A stretch of DNA of 64,000 bases from Octopus sinensis (lineage: Eukaryota): assembly GCF_006345805.1 (NCBI RefSeq), contig NC_043011.1, positions 41,986,464-42,050,463 of the forward strand. The letters are read 5' to 3'. Of this stretch, positions 51,092 to 63,690 are shown one piece after another. A model generated the notes under the pieces. It was not told the DNA's origin and did no database searches. It worked only from the letters and a program-made list of their open reading frames with translations. Every line of letters starts with the position of its first letter. Positions within the stretch are counted from its first letter, which is position 1. A program made the position numbers and the translations under genes.

Positions 51092-51200
51092 ATACATATA
51101 TATGTATATATGTGTGTGTGTATACATATATATGTATATATGTGTGTGTGTATACATATATATGTATATATGTGTGTGTGTATACATATATATGTATATA

Positions 51201-51255
<55 letters not shown>

Positions 51256-51295
51256 TTGTGCTGTATATATATATATATACATACACACACACACC
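50965..51295. repeat. (TA)n/(TG)n compound microsatellite with a repeated 30-nt higher-order unit
   Basis: Direct reading. Confidence 0.95.
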
Positions 51296-52194
51296 TATGA
51301 TTACTATATATAGCCAAGGATAGTTCCTCTAGTGGGTGCTAATTTATCAGCTTCTATCTTCATATAGAAAGTGTGTTTGTGATGTTTGTTGCTCAGTCAT
51401 TGGCGAAGTGATGTTGGAAATACTGTTTTGTACACACAGACACACACACATGTAGACACTGCATACATGGATTAAATTCATAGAATTCATAAGGTTTTTA
51501 TATGGTTTAAAAGAACATTTTATTCTTTTACTTGTTTTAGCCATTTGACTGTAGCCATGCTTGAGCATCGCCTTTAGTCAAACAAATCAACCCCAAGACT
51601 TATTCTTTGTAAGCCTAGTACTTATTCTATTGGTCTATTTGCCAAATCACTAAGTTACGGGGATGTAAATACACACACACATACACACACATACACACAT
51701 ATACAACAAGCTTTAGGCTTCTTTCAGTTTCTGTCTACCAAATCCACTCACAAGGCTTTGGTTGACCTGAGGCTATAGTATGAGACACTTGCCCAAGGTG
51801 CCATGCAGTGAGACTGAACCCGGAACCATGTGGTTAGTAAGCAAGCTACTTACCACACAGTCACTTCTATCAATAAAAAGAAACGAACAATTATTTACTG
51901 AGATGCAAATGACCCTAAGTGTTAGAGTTTATTTGATTAAAACCATTTCTATAAGATTAATCTAGAAATTTTAGTCCATGCAATCTCTGGTATACTTTCT
52001 GGTATCCAACATTTTTGTAATTGATATTTTTTTCCACACAAAATTTTTCTTTTTGCTAAAATGATGGAAAAACAAACAATTCAAAGCAGAGAAAAGCCAA
52101 AATTTTATGAAGCAGACTAAAATAGCTTTATTTGTATAACATTAATTAACTAGTCTAATGCAAATTATTAAGCTGTATGACTGAAGAAATTGCT

Positions 52195-52645
52195 AAAAAT
52201 ATAGGTGGCGCATAGAAAGCACTATCCGAACATGATTGATGCCAGGCCTGCCTGGCTGGCTCCTTTGTTGGTGGCACGTAAAAACTAAACATGATCGATG
52301 CCAGGCCTGCCTGGCTAGCTTCTCTGCCGTTGGCATGTAAGAAGCACTATCTGAACATGATCGATGCCAGGCTTGCCTGGCTGGTTCCTGTGCCCGTGGC
52401 ACGTAAAAAGCACTATCCAAACGTGATCGAGGCCAAGCCCGCCTGGCTGGCACCTGTGCTGGTGGCACATAAAAAGCACCCACTACACTCTTGGAGTGGT
52501 TGATGTTAGGAAGGGCATCCAGCTGTAGAAACATTGCCAGATCAGATTGGAGCCTGGTGCAGCTGCTGGTTCTCCAGACCTTGGTCAAAATGTTCAACCC
52601 ATACCAGCATGAAAAACGGATGTTAAACAATGATGATGGTGATGA
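52195..52645 (+). mobile_element. RTE 3'UTR copy with 5 hairpin units
   Basis: Family consensus. Confidence 0.85.
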
Positions 52646-53189
52646 TGAGAGTTTGGTATGAATATAAAAACTGCTAGATGGTTTACTTGATGATTTAACC
52701 CTTTTGTTGCCTTATTTCTCTTTATTTCAATTAATTTTGAAAATAATCAAGAATTATCCAAAAAATTGTTGTAGTTACTTAGCTTTCAAGCATTAAATAA
52801 CATGAAATTTCAATGGAAGATTTTAAGATCACTTTAACCCTTTAGCATTCAGATTTCTTTGTCAAATGTATGGCTTATCTATTCACATTGCTTTGAATTA
52901 ATCTTGCATTATTTTGCAGCATCAAAATTTCAATGGTGTGTTTGTATATTTTTAGAACGACATTGTAGGCTAGGTGTGAGAGTTTAGATCTGATCAGTTT
53001 TAACATAAAACAGGTAGAATATTTGGACTGGATATGGCCAGATTAAATGCTAAAGGGTTAAAACAGAGGCAGTTTCAGGTAGCTTGGTATCAAAAGGGTT
53101 AAGAATCTTTCTTGAAAACCTCTTCCAGCTACAGATTTAGCATTGTTTTTTAATGTGTAAAACAAAAAAAGTGGTAGAATGCAACTTAC

Positions 53190-53372
53190 CATCATAACCA
53201 TTTCCGTCAATATCCATAGGTTTTGAAAATGAAATTCCAAAACCTTTCAGATCCTTGTCCAATGTCTTTCCAAGAATTTTCTGTCTGTTGTTCTCATCGA
53301 GTTTAAGATTGTTTCCAAAATATATATAAATGGCACCACTGTCCTCTTCATACGGTGCTCCAACTACAATGT
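53190..53372 (-). CDS. Integrin alpha exon, FG-GAP repeats 6-7: (D)IVVGAPYEEDSGAIYIYFG...GFGISFSKPMDIDGNGYD(D)
   Basis: VGAPYE, GAIYIY and DIDGNGYDD motifs. Acceptor CTTGCAG, donor ATG|GTAAGT. 183 nt, phase 1-1. Confidence 0.96.
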
Positions 53373-55127
53373 CTGCAAGTGAAGTAGAAATAATTATGGG
53401 ATAGATAAACAACACCAGACAATACAAATAGAATAAGGTGTTAGTGAGGGAAAAAAAAATGATACGAAATAAAGGATGAGAAACGTAGTTTGGAGTGGAA
53501 GAACAAGGAATTATAAGAGGAAGCAAAATACCGAAGATAATATAACAAGCAAAATGGTAAATTTGGAGTGGATTAGAGATGAGAAAGAGGAATTTGTGAG
53601 ATAGGTGATGATTGAGAAGGGATAAGAAGAGAAATTAGATAAAGGAAAAGATAACAGGTAGATAGAAACGGTTCATTATCTTGTTTCAGTCATTGGACTG
53701 TAGCCATGCTGGGGCATTGCTTTGAAGGGTTTTAGTTGAACAAATTTGACCTCAGTACTTTTTCCTTCCAGGCAGTGCCTTGAATAAGTAATAATAATAA
53801 TAACAATAACATCATCATGGATTCAAAATTTTACCCTGACACCTGATGAAGGCTGGAGAGTAAATCAGCCAAAACATTGTGGTAACAACAAACAAGATGA
53901 GGACACATGTCTGTCCAATGTAAATAATGTGAATAATGTACAGAATTCCTCATTTCTAAAATACAGAACAGTAAAACCAACAATTTGATTTAGTATTTCT
54001 AAATTGAATTTTTTTCCCCTGTAAGTTAGGATTAATATTCCCTCAAATAATTATTATATATGTATGTATGTATGTGTGTGTGTATGTGTGTGAGGGAGTG
54101 AGGGAGGGAGGGAGGAGTGAGTGAGTGAGTGAGTGATAGGCTTCTTTCATTTTCTGTCTACCAAATTCACTCACAAGGCATTGATTATCCCAAGACTACA
54201 GTAGAAGACTTATTCAAAGTGCCATGGAGTGGGACTGAACCCAAAACCATGTAGTTGTAAAAGTGAAAAATTAAACATAAAAATGTGTGTGGTGGTGGGT
54301 GAGTGGATGGGGAGGGAGGCAGCATATGCACTTGTATACATATATATTCCATACTTCCTCATTTTATCACCTGTTTCTCCTCTCACTCTGGTTCTTTCAC
54401 TCTGCTATCATCCTCTTAGTCTTTCCCATCCAGTTATGTGAGAATGGACTTTCTTTTGGTCTTGCTAGACACAAGACAACCCTCTCGTGCTGGTGACTGA
54501 TTGAATGGGAACATTGTAAAGAGAAGTCTACAGTCTTGCCAGAGACAAGACAACCTCTCTAGTATTAGTGCCACAAGAAAATGCATCCAGTACATTCTGC
54601 GAAGCCATTGGCAACAGAAAGCACATCCAATTACAGAAACCAAAACAAAGAATGGAACATGCAAGCAGGACTTGGTCCCTGATATGTCTAGAAGAGCAGT
54701 AACCCTGAATAAGTATAAATTAGCTCTATGATGACCAGTTGAGTGCTTGCCAACATAGAAAAGCAGATGTAAAAATTTAGATGAGCTAAAAGATAAAGCT
54801 GCTACATGGCCCTTAAGGTAGGAATTAATCTGCTCAGTTTCTTAACCAATGTCAGTATTTCCTTATATATTATAGAGCAGAGGAAAGGTCTGTTATTTTG
54901 TATATTAGATTTAGAGAAGAGGAGAAACACACACATGTTTTATACATTAAGATTTAGAAGGCAGCAATTTTTTTCTTTATTAGTTTTTTCTAAAAATGCA
55001 TTTTTTTTGTGGAAATTTAGTCTATTAATTCTATAAGTTTAAAATAAAGATCTTTAACAGTGGCATAGTTTTTATACAGAAAATGTGAAGAAAATATACA
55101 CACACACACAAAATGCCATGGTCTTAC

Positions 55128-55230
55128 CTTCAAAACCGTCTTTGTTGATGTCACCAAGATTTCCCAAAGCCATTCCAAAATGAGCATTAACAACATTATC
55201 CCCACAAAGTTCTGACCTATGAAAGAGTCC
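55128..55230 (-). CDS. Integrin alpha exon, FG-GAP repeat 6 start: GLFHRSELCGDNVVNAHFGMALGNLGDINKDGFE(D)
   Basis: FG...LGDINKDGFED motif. Acceptor TTATTTCCAG, donor AAG|GTAAGA. 103 nt, phase 0-1. Confidence 0.95.
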
Positions 55231-55540
55231 CTGGAAATAAATATATTCATTAAGTCATAAAAATATAAAAACACGTATTCATATATTGGCTCTGTTCCAA
55301 ATATGGTATGAAAGTGCTGAGTTTTAGCTGTGTATAAACTAATGAGCATTATACAAAAGGGATCACAATGTGGGGCTGTATGATATATAGAATGGACAGA
55401 TGGGTGGGGAAAACACTGCTACTAAAACAGGGTGGTATTCTGTCAGTAAAATATATTCCAAAGTTTCTCTTCTTTTGGGAGTGCAAAGAGATTTCAACTA
55501 ATTGTGTATGGTGATGAATGCAGACAATAGCTGAATTTAA

Positions 55541-56616
55541 CCCTTTCGTTACCAAACCGCCCGAAAAAAATTTTGGTTAATGTGACCAAGCCGCCCAAAA
55601 CCGCCCGAATTTACCTATTCATATTTAAATGAGAATATCAGAGCAAATCTCTTTAGTACATTCATGAAAACATGTATTACACTTCGTAAACAGTTCAACT
55701 ACAGTTTTGTACAAAAATCGAAGTGTAATTTTAATTCCGTGAATTTTGGGAGATTTTTTTCCGAAATTTGTTCCTATTGTGTTTTCAAAATTTGTAATTC
55801 TGACAAAAAATGGATACGAATTTCAATATATCAAACAGCGAGTCAGAATTCGAAGGATTTTCTACTGAAGACCTTCATAAATCTAACCTCTATGACTGAA
55901 AAAAAAAAAGCATGAGGTATTTGATAATGAATCCGATGTTTCATTTTCCGAAAGTGAAAACTGAATCTGAGAGCTCCGACAGCGATAAAGAAAATGAATT
56001 GGCACCTGAATGGAGTGAAAATTTAAAAACTGTTTCTTTCGGTGATTTTTCTGAAGAAACTGGACCAAGCCACAGACTTTCCCAGAAGAGTAAAGCCTTA
56101 GACTATTTCTTTTTACTTTTTCGAATGAGCCTATTTGAAATCATTACAGCGGAAATGAACCGTTACGCTAAACGTAAACAAAGTGAAAGAAAGGATAGTT
56201 TGTTATTTCCCACAACCTTAAATGAAATTAAGACTATTTTGCCATAAATATTATTATGGGTATCAGAAAGTTACCCAGAATAACAAATTCTATCGTAAAA
56301 TTTTGTTGTATACCCAATTGAATATTAGCTAATAACCCATTTTCTATAGCAATGTTTGAACAAAATTTTAATAATTTTATATTTTGTTGAATTTACCTGT
56401 ATCTACCTGCAATTAGAGTCACTTTGTGACAAAAATTATAGTATAGAATTGGTTGAGAACATTTCATTAAATTATCTTCCAAAATTCATGTTAATATATT
56501 GATAAATAAAAAAGTTATAGTTGTTTAATGAAACCAGACTAAATTTATGATTACGTTAGAAATTAATTGAAACACATAAGGGGTGTATTTTGGTCAGAAA
56601 TATAGTAACGAAAGGG
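55541..56616 (+). mobile_element. Non-autonomous piggyBac deletion derivative (1076 bp) retaining the transposase N-terminus
   Basis: TTAA at 55537-55540 and 56617-56620; TIRs CCCTTTCGTTAC / GTAACGAAAGGG. ORF 55912-56247 (acidic N-terminus, GP...LDYFFLLF...EIITAEMNRYA...TTLNEIK) continues after a frameshift as IIMGIRKLP. Confidence 0.9.
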
Positions 56617-57134
56617 TTAAGAGTGTGGTGTGAGTATGAGATGATGCTTCAGACATTAACAATGTTGTCATCATCATCTTCAGTATAACCTCTACTTATA
56701 TATCACAATTTAAATTACTTTAAAACAGAAATTTGTATTAGAACAAAGAGTAGTCTCAGGGTTTGTATCAAAAGGATTAAATTCATAGCCAGACCAATAT
56801 GACACAGTAAGTTTAACATAACAAGGGGTTGCTGAAAAGTTCCTAGCTTTGGATAAAAGAAAATACAGGAAGATCAGTTGATTATGATTTTATTCAACAT
56901 ATTCCCCTCTCAGATTCATACACTTAATTCAGTGGTCCTTCAGCTTTTCTAAGCCCTGTAAAAGAACTTGGAAGGTTCAGCCTCCAACCAGGCCTTCCGC
57001 AATATCCTTAAAGCCAGGAACTTTTTGCACCTCTTCATAAACTTACTCAGTTATAACAAAAATAAAATCATTCTTTGATTTATTGAATGTGGGTCATGTG
57101 ACTGAGATCTTTAGAAAAATGCTGATAATCTTAC

Positions 57135-57272
57135 CCAACCAGTGCTGATAAAAACATGTACATGACCCTCGTTCTTTATACTGTACTGGTATGGTGCTCC
57201 TACAATTAAATCATCATTGCCATCTCCTGTAACATCTGCTGTGAGCAAGCTTGACCCAAAACCACTTCCAAA
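57135..57272 (-). CDS. Integrin alpha exon, FG-GAP repeat 5: FGSGFGSSLLTADVTGDGNDDLIVGAPYQYSIKNEGHVHVFISTGW
   Basis: Ca-binding motif DVTGDGNDD plus VGAP. Acceptor TTTCAG, donor TGG|GTAAGA. 138 nt, phase 0-0. Confidence 0.96.
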
Positions 57273-57399
57273 CTGAAATGTAAAGAAATAAGTTATCAAA
57301 AAAAAAAAATTCTATGCATTTTGGAAGTTTTGATAACCTACAACACATAAAATAAAGCTAAATCTGCAAAAAATAGTCAAATATCCTCAATCATACCAT

Positions 57400-57971
57400 T
57401 TTATTTATTTTTTTTATTTATGCGCCCTTTTTAAGCCTAGCCAGGTTCATGGGCCTGGTTTCCCAGTTTCTGTGACGTATGTGTTCCCCCCAGCTGGACA
57501 GGATGCCAGTCCATCACAGCGTTACTCAAGAAACAGGAAGAAAGAGTAAGAGAAAGTTGGAGCGAAAGAGTTCAACAGGGGTTGCCACCACCTCCTGCCA
57601 GAGCCTTGTGGAGCTTTAGGTGTTTTTGCTCAATAAACACACAACGCCCGGTTTGGGAATCGAAACCGCAATCATCCAACTGTGAGTTTGCTGCCCTAAC
57701 CACTGGGCCGTTGCACCTCCACTTGCACCCTTTTAAAGCCTAGCCAGGCTCATGAGCCCAGTTTCCCGGTTTCAATAGCATATGTGTTCCCCAGCTGGAC
57801 GGGACGCCAGTTCATCGCAGCGTTACTCATTTTTGCCAGCTGAGTGAACTGGAGCAACATGAAAGGAAATGTTTTGCTCAAGAACACAACACGTCGCCCG
57901 GTCCAGGAATTGAAACCACAATCTTATGATCATGATGCTGACAGCCTAACCACTCAGCTACATGCCTCCAC
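57400..57971 (-). mobile_element. Dimer of two different tRNA-headed SINEs inside one TSD pair
   Basis: TSD CAATCATACCAT at 57388-57399 and 57972-57983. Two heads, a shared V-like 3' part, and an A-rich tail on the minus strand. Confidence 0.8.
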
Positions 57972-59458
57972 CAATCATACCATACTGTCTTAAAAAGGGA
58001 AGGATGTATTGTTCTAGACAAACTGAATGAAACTGTCAGGGATGGTATTTTCATAAATCTATCTGACCAGGCCAACTTGGGGTTAAACAACTTTTAAAGA
58101 TTGAATGGTAAAGTGGTTGCTTGCACACTTCTTTAATAAATATACCAAGTAATTAATTTCAATCATTTTCGAAATGACTTATTTTAGTTTAAAAAACAGA
58201 AACACTGAAATATTTCATTAAAATTTAATATGAAATGGAATGGGGTGTGTATCTGATTTTTAGCTGTAAGGGGGACAACTCTAGATATGTTTTGGCCTTA
58301 CTAGACCTTGTCAGCAAAGTATAGTCTACTACTGCAAATCTGAGAAGAACTAGAGAAGTACAATGGATCTTTCAGACTAGAATATCAGTTGATCTGCTAG
58401 ATTAAATAGTTGATTCATCCTCAATAAATTTCCGTAAGAACAAGTTTTGTTCTATATTTAAGAGATGAGGAATTATGTACATTATTTACATAATAATAAT
58501 AATAATAATAATAATATCGAAAAATACCTTAGGAATAAGAACCCAGGTTCGAAATTTCCCCAAGACACCTGATGAAGGCTAGAGGATATATCAACCGAAA
58601 CATGTTAACAACAACAATAAACATGGAATGGTCAGTAGTAAAATTCAAATGCTAACTAAAAGCAAAACACCATAGATCCAGAGTAAACGACACACACACA
58701 CACATATATGATATATATAGATCTAGGGTAATAAAGATTTATATATATTCTTTTTTTTCTTTTTTATTTGTTTCCGTCATTTGACTGTGGCCATGTTGGA
58801 GCACCACCTTTTGTTGAACAGATCGACCTCAGGACATATTCTTTGTAAACCTAGTACTTATTCTATTGGTCACCTTTGCTGAACCGCTAAGTTACGGGGA
58901 CATAAACACACCAACATCTGTTGTCAAGTGATGGTAGAGGGGACAAACACAGTCAGACAAACACATACATACATACACATATATCATCATCATCATCGTT
59001 TAACATCCGCTTTCCATGGTTTGGACGATTTGACTGAGGACTGGCGAACCTGGCACGGGGGCCATTCAGGCGGTACGGGCAACGGTCATGCTCAAATGGT
59101 GTTTTTTACATGCCACCTGCACAGGAGCTAGTCCTGTGCAAGTGGCACATGAAATATATATATATATGACATGCTTCTTTCAGTTTCCGTCTGCAAAATC
59201 CACTTACAAGGCTTTGGTTGGCCCAAGGCTATAGGAGAAGACACTTACCCAAAGTGCCACACAGTGGGACTGAACCCAGAACCATGTGGTTGGTAAGCAA
59301 GCTACTTACCACACAACCACACACATATATATATATATTTCCTAAACATTTTAATTGGTTGCCTCCAAATCATTAAAGTCTGGTTGAACATAACTGACCA
59401 AAGTTACTCAACGAGAAGAACACGAATGGGAAAGAAATAATATGTACTTATTACTTAC

Positions 59459-59509
59459 TTGTGTACCTTTATAATATTGGAACAAAGTGCCACCAGAGTA
59501 GAAATAAAT
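59459..59509 (-). CDS. Integrin alpha, most 5' exon resolved (end of beta-propeller blade 4): IYFYSGGTLFQYYKGTQ
   Basis: Acceptor TTTTTTCAG, donor CAA|GTAAGT. 51 nt, phase 0-0. Joins in frame to FGSGFG, giving the typical G-x-Q-x-G-S-x-F-G junction. Confidence 0.75.
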
Positions 59510-61929
59510 CTGAAAAAATAAAAAAACAACGGTAATGATAACTAAGAATCAATTTTAATGCTTTACTTACTGCAGCTGTGTTTTGTGTAAGGAAATATTA
59601 AGGTGGCAAGGTGGCAGAACCATTAGCATGCCAGATAAAATACTTAGCATATCATCCATCTTTTATGTTCTTAGTTCAAATTCCTCTGAGGTCAACTTTT
59701 TTAGGGTCGATAAAATAAGTACCAGTTAAAAACTGGGGCAGACTTAATTATTTTAACCCTTTCCATTCCTTGAAATTGCTGGTCTTCTGCCAAAATCTGA
59801 AACTACTACTACAACTGCTGCTGCTACTACTACTACTACTACTACTACTATTACTAAATTACCCACAGAATCGTTAGCATGCCAGACAAAACCCTTAGTG
59901 GCATTATTTTTGATATTGCTTCATTTAAATTGTTTGTCTTCCTATTAAGTTATGTAACCTCAGATAGACAGTTCTTTTCACAGGATAATGAGTTGAAGAC
60001 GGGGAGGATGACTCCCCTTCACAAATACTGAGAGGACACAGATAGTGTGTCAATAGCCAGCTGGAGGAGATATCTTCCTGGGGCTACAAACTACAGTAGC
60101 ATCCACCCTTAGGGGTTAGCCATATTCAAATGGCAAATATGCGTCACTATACACATATATATATATATATATATATAAACACGTACAGTGTCTGTCCACC
60201 AAATTCATCCATAAGACTTTGGTCAACTCAGGGTGATAGTGGAAGACATTTGCTCATGGTGCTGTGCAGTGGGACTGAACCTGAAACCATGTGACTGGGA
60301 AGTGAACTTCTTAACCACACACACATTCCTGTGCCTTTAACCATACCTGCACCTTTATATTTGATCAACCCTAAAAGAGTACAAAGTAAAGGACTCATAA
60401 ATTACTGATCTTAACCTAATTCCCTCTACCCCTAAATCCTCTACCCCACCCCTTAAGTTGAAGCCTCAGTAATTGATATTCTAGAAAATTGTGTATTATC
60501 ATGTTGCAGATTCCATGGAGTAATTCTATATAAGAAAGTATATTTAACTTTAGTTTACCTTGTTCTAAATAATTTCGTAATTATAACCTCTACAGTGAAC
60601 ATGTATCCCTTAATTGAAAAAAAGTCATAATTTATGATCAGGGTGGGTCTTAGTCATCTTTTGTAGTGTCTGAACCTCACATGGTCTTTTAGTGTAAAAG
60701 TTTAAGTAAAAGTCTGTAGAAGAATGTATTTAACTCTGTGACTCTTACTTCTGTCATAAATACCAGACCAGCTGAAATAACTATTTCATAAAAATAAAAA
60801 GAACTATTTAAAACAGAAAGTAAGACTCAACAATTCATTTTAAAATGAACTGTTGATGGTGGGGATGGTGGTGGGAGTTACAGTGGTGGAGAAGGTGTTG
60901 ATGTCACAGCAAAAGGGAGTAAGAAAGACAAGATACCTTTTACCCCCACCCCACTCATCCACATGTAAAGCAAACAGACCCCCTTGACTACAGGAAACTT
61001 CTGCAACTGTTAATGTAGATTAAAGTGTCTATGTCAAAACAGAACATTCCATGGGTGTTATTTATTAGTGTTAACATCAGACTTGTTGTTGTTACTTAAA
61101 CCTCAGCTTTGTGTGTGTGTGTGTGTGTGTGTGTGCATGCTGCCTGTTCATCATAAGCGTGTGCCTGATAAACAAAAGGTAAGCATTTTATAATGTGAGC
61201 AAGCAGACAAATAGTTTATAAATGCCAAAGAAAATGCTGCTCCATCAAGTACTGAATGGAAGATGAGATGCTAACAAGCTTCTAGAATATAATTCATATC
61301 AGTGCCATATGCTCTTTATGAGCAACACTCAAAATTATTTCCTAATGTCTGTCTCCTTGAAATGATAGCATGCAACGTCTCTAGGATGTACCTGTTCACC
61401 TTTGGTTATCTATTAAGCCATATCTCTCTTTCCCTTCCATATACACACCTTAACCCTTTAGTGTTTAAACTGACCAAATGCAGCCAACATATTCTGCCTG
61501 TTTGTTTTATGTTCAAACTGGCCAGATTTCAGCCTCTCTAAAAATCAGCAATCACCTAATTGAAATCTCAAGGCTACAAGATAAGGCAGAATAAACTCAA
61601 AACTATGTTAATGAATAAGCTTTACATTCGACAGTCATTTGCAGTTCCCTAGGCTACATCTCACCTAGCAGCATCACATGGGGACAGAGAGTGAGAGAGA
61701 GATCCAGGTATGCCTGAGTGGTTAAAGAGGTTTGCTTCAAAACATTGTTTCAGTAAGAAAGGTCACTTTCGGTGGTGGACTTCACCCATTTCCAAGTTTC
61801 ACACTACACTTGGCCATTAGATTCCATTTTTGGAGTTCATTTTGTTGTGAGCTTTTGAGCAAATCATGTCTCCTGTTAGAGAATCACTTCTTACTATCAG
61901 TTGAAGATTACCACCCCATCTGACTTACC

Positions 61930-62540
61930 CATCATCATCATCGTTTAATGTCTGTTTTCCATGCTGGCTTGGGTTGAACAGTTTGGCTGGGGACTGGCAA
62001 GCCAGGAGGCCTCACCAAGCTCCAATCTGATCTGGCAATGTTTCTACAGCCAGAAGCCCTTCCTAACGCCAACCAGTCCGTGAGTGTAGTGGGTGCTTTT
62101 TATGTGCCACCAGTAGAGAAGCCAGTCAGGCAGCACTGGCATTGGCCACATTCAGATGGTGCTTTTTACATGCTACTATCACAGGAGCCAGTCGGGGTAG
62201 GGGCATCGATCATATATATATATATATATATGTAAAAAGCACCATCCGTTCGTGGCCGTTGCCAGCCTCGCCTGGCCCCCGTGCCGGTGGCACGTAAAAA
62301 GCACCATCCGTCCATGGCCGTTTGCCAGCTCCGTCTGGCACCTGTGCGGGTGGCACGTAAAAAGCACCCACTACACTCACGGAGTGGTTGGCGTTAGGAA
62401 GGGCATCCAACCGTAGAAACACTGCCAGATCAGACTGGGCCTGATGCAGCCTTCTGGCTTCACAGACCCCAGTTGAACCGTCCAACCCATGCTAGCATGG
62501 AAAGCGGACGCTAAATGATGATGATGCTGATGATGATGAT
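61930..62540. mobile_element. Head-to-head pair of RTE 3'UTR copies (minus about 61930-62200, plus about 62231-62540) separated by (TA)n
   Basis: Family consensus in both orientations, with tails pointing outward. Confidence 0.88.
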
Positions 62541-62544
62541 ATAT

Positions 62545-62578
<34 letters not shown>

Positions 62579-63594
62579 ATATATATAAATAAGGATAAGA
62601 TCGTTAATTTAAATTAAATAATGATCTTATCAAGTGGCCAGCATGGAAATAAAAACCTTCAAAGGAAATAATTATTGTTATATATATATATTAATGTGAA
62701 TTTAATGGGATATATTATCCAGGCAGATACCATGGTAGCTCTTGGTTATGTTCCAGGTTATGGCTAACCACATCAATTAGTATGACTACTTGGTGTTTTC
62801 ACTCACGCTGTTATTCCTCCGATGCGTAATTCTGTGTTCACTTCACTGAATTGTAATATTATCTGGAGTGTATATTTGCAATACTTATAATGGTAGGGAA
62901 TACAGAGACTGGTACACTCTCAAATTTATTTCCTTTTATTTTATAGATTTTGTATGACAAACTGTAAAATAAATGGTAATAAATTTTGAGGATGTACCAG
63001 TCTTTGTATTATCTATCATTATAATCATTGCACATATATGTGTGTGTGTGTATGTATATGTATGTATATATATATAAAACTTGATGTAAGAAGAATTGGT
63101 TTGTAGTGTGCAAGAGATGGTTATCTTGGTATGTACATGTAATAAATATGGATGAAGAAGTGTCAAGAAATTCTTGTGGATGAAACCGGTGGAAGAGGGA
63201 GTCATGAGCAGAAATGGTGATCTCAGAAAGCTAACCTCATAAAGGAAATGACATGGGAATACAAGTGATAGGACCATGTTGAAGACACATACAGCTATGG
63301 AAGCATGCAAGTATGGAAAAAAAATAAACATAAAGCTGATGATAACAAGAAACTTACATATTTGATGAACAATATCATTGAGAAAGGTAATGATGTGTAC
63401 TTATGTAGAACCCATTTTCATTTCTTTATCTCTCAGTAACAAATGGTTCTGTTACATTGGATTAAAGTCTCTTTTTGCCCTGTCTAAATTCATGTTGTCT
63501 CTCCTATACTCTCCAAATTCCTCTAAATACCAAGCTGTTTAACTACTGCCTATCCTGCATTAATGACATTTGTCTCACTCTGGAGTCCTCCTCC

Positions 63595-63690
63595 TCTGTG
63601 ACTCCTACATACACACACAACTTCTCTGTGACTCCTACACACACACACAACTGTTCTGTGACTCCTACATACACACACAACACCTCTTGA
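63595..63690. repeat. 30-bp tandem repeat x3 (TCTGTGACTCCTACA[TC]ACACACACAACT..)
   Basis: Direct reading; period 30. Confidence 0.9.

Noticed and set aside
60347-60370. 24-nt candidate exon with a strong pyrimidine tract and CAG|GTATGG
   Set aside because: Open only in phase 1-1, incompatible with the next exon, and it abuts a SINE end.
60749-60771. 23-nt segment with good splice signals (TTATTTCAG ... GTAAGA)
   Set aside because: It can only be chained to a neighbouring candidate through a 35-nt intron, and read-through frames hit stops.
61392-61409. 18-nt ITKGEQ mini-exon candidate resembling the integrin GEQ motif
   Set aside because: Weak acceptor, and that position in the protein is already filled by the better supported KGTQ exon at 59459-59509.
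62807-62862. Possible upstream integrin exon IILQFSEVNTELRIGGITA (CTCCAG / GTGAGT)
   Set aside because: Only a vague resemblance to blade 3, with no GAP motif. It ends in phase 2, and I found no credible linking exon to the phase-0 exon at 59509.
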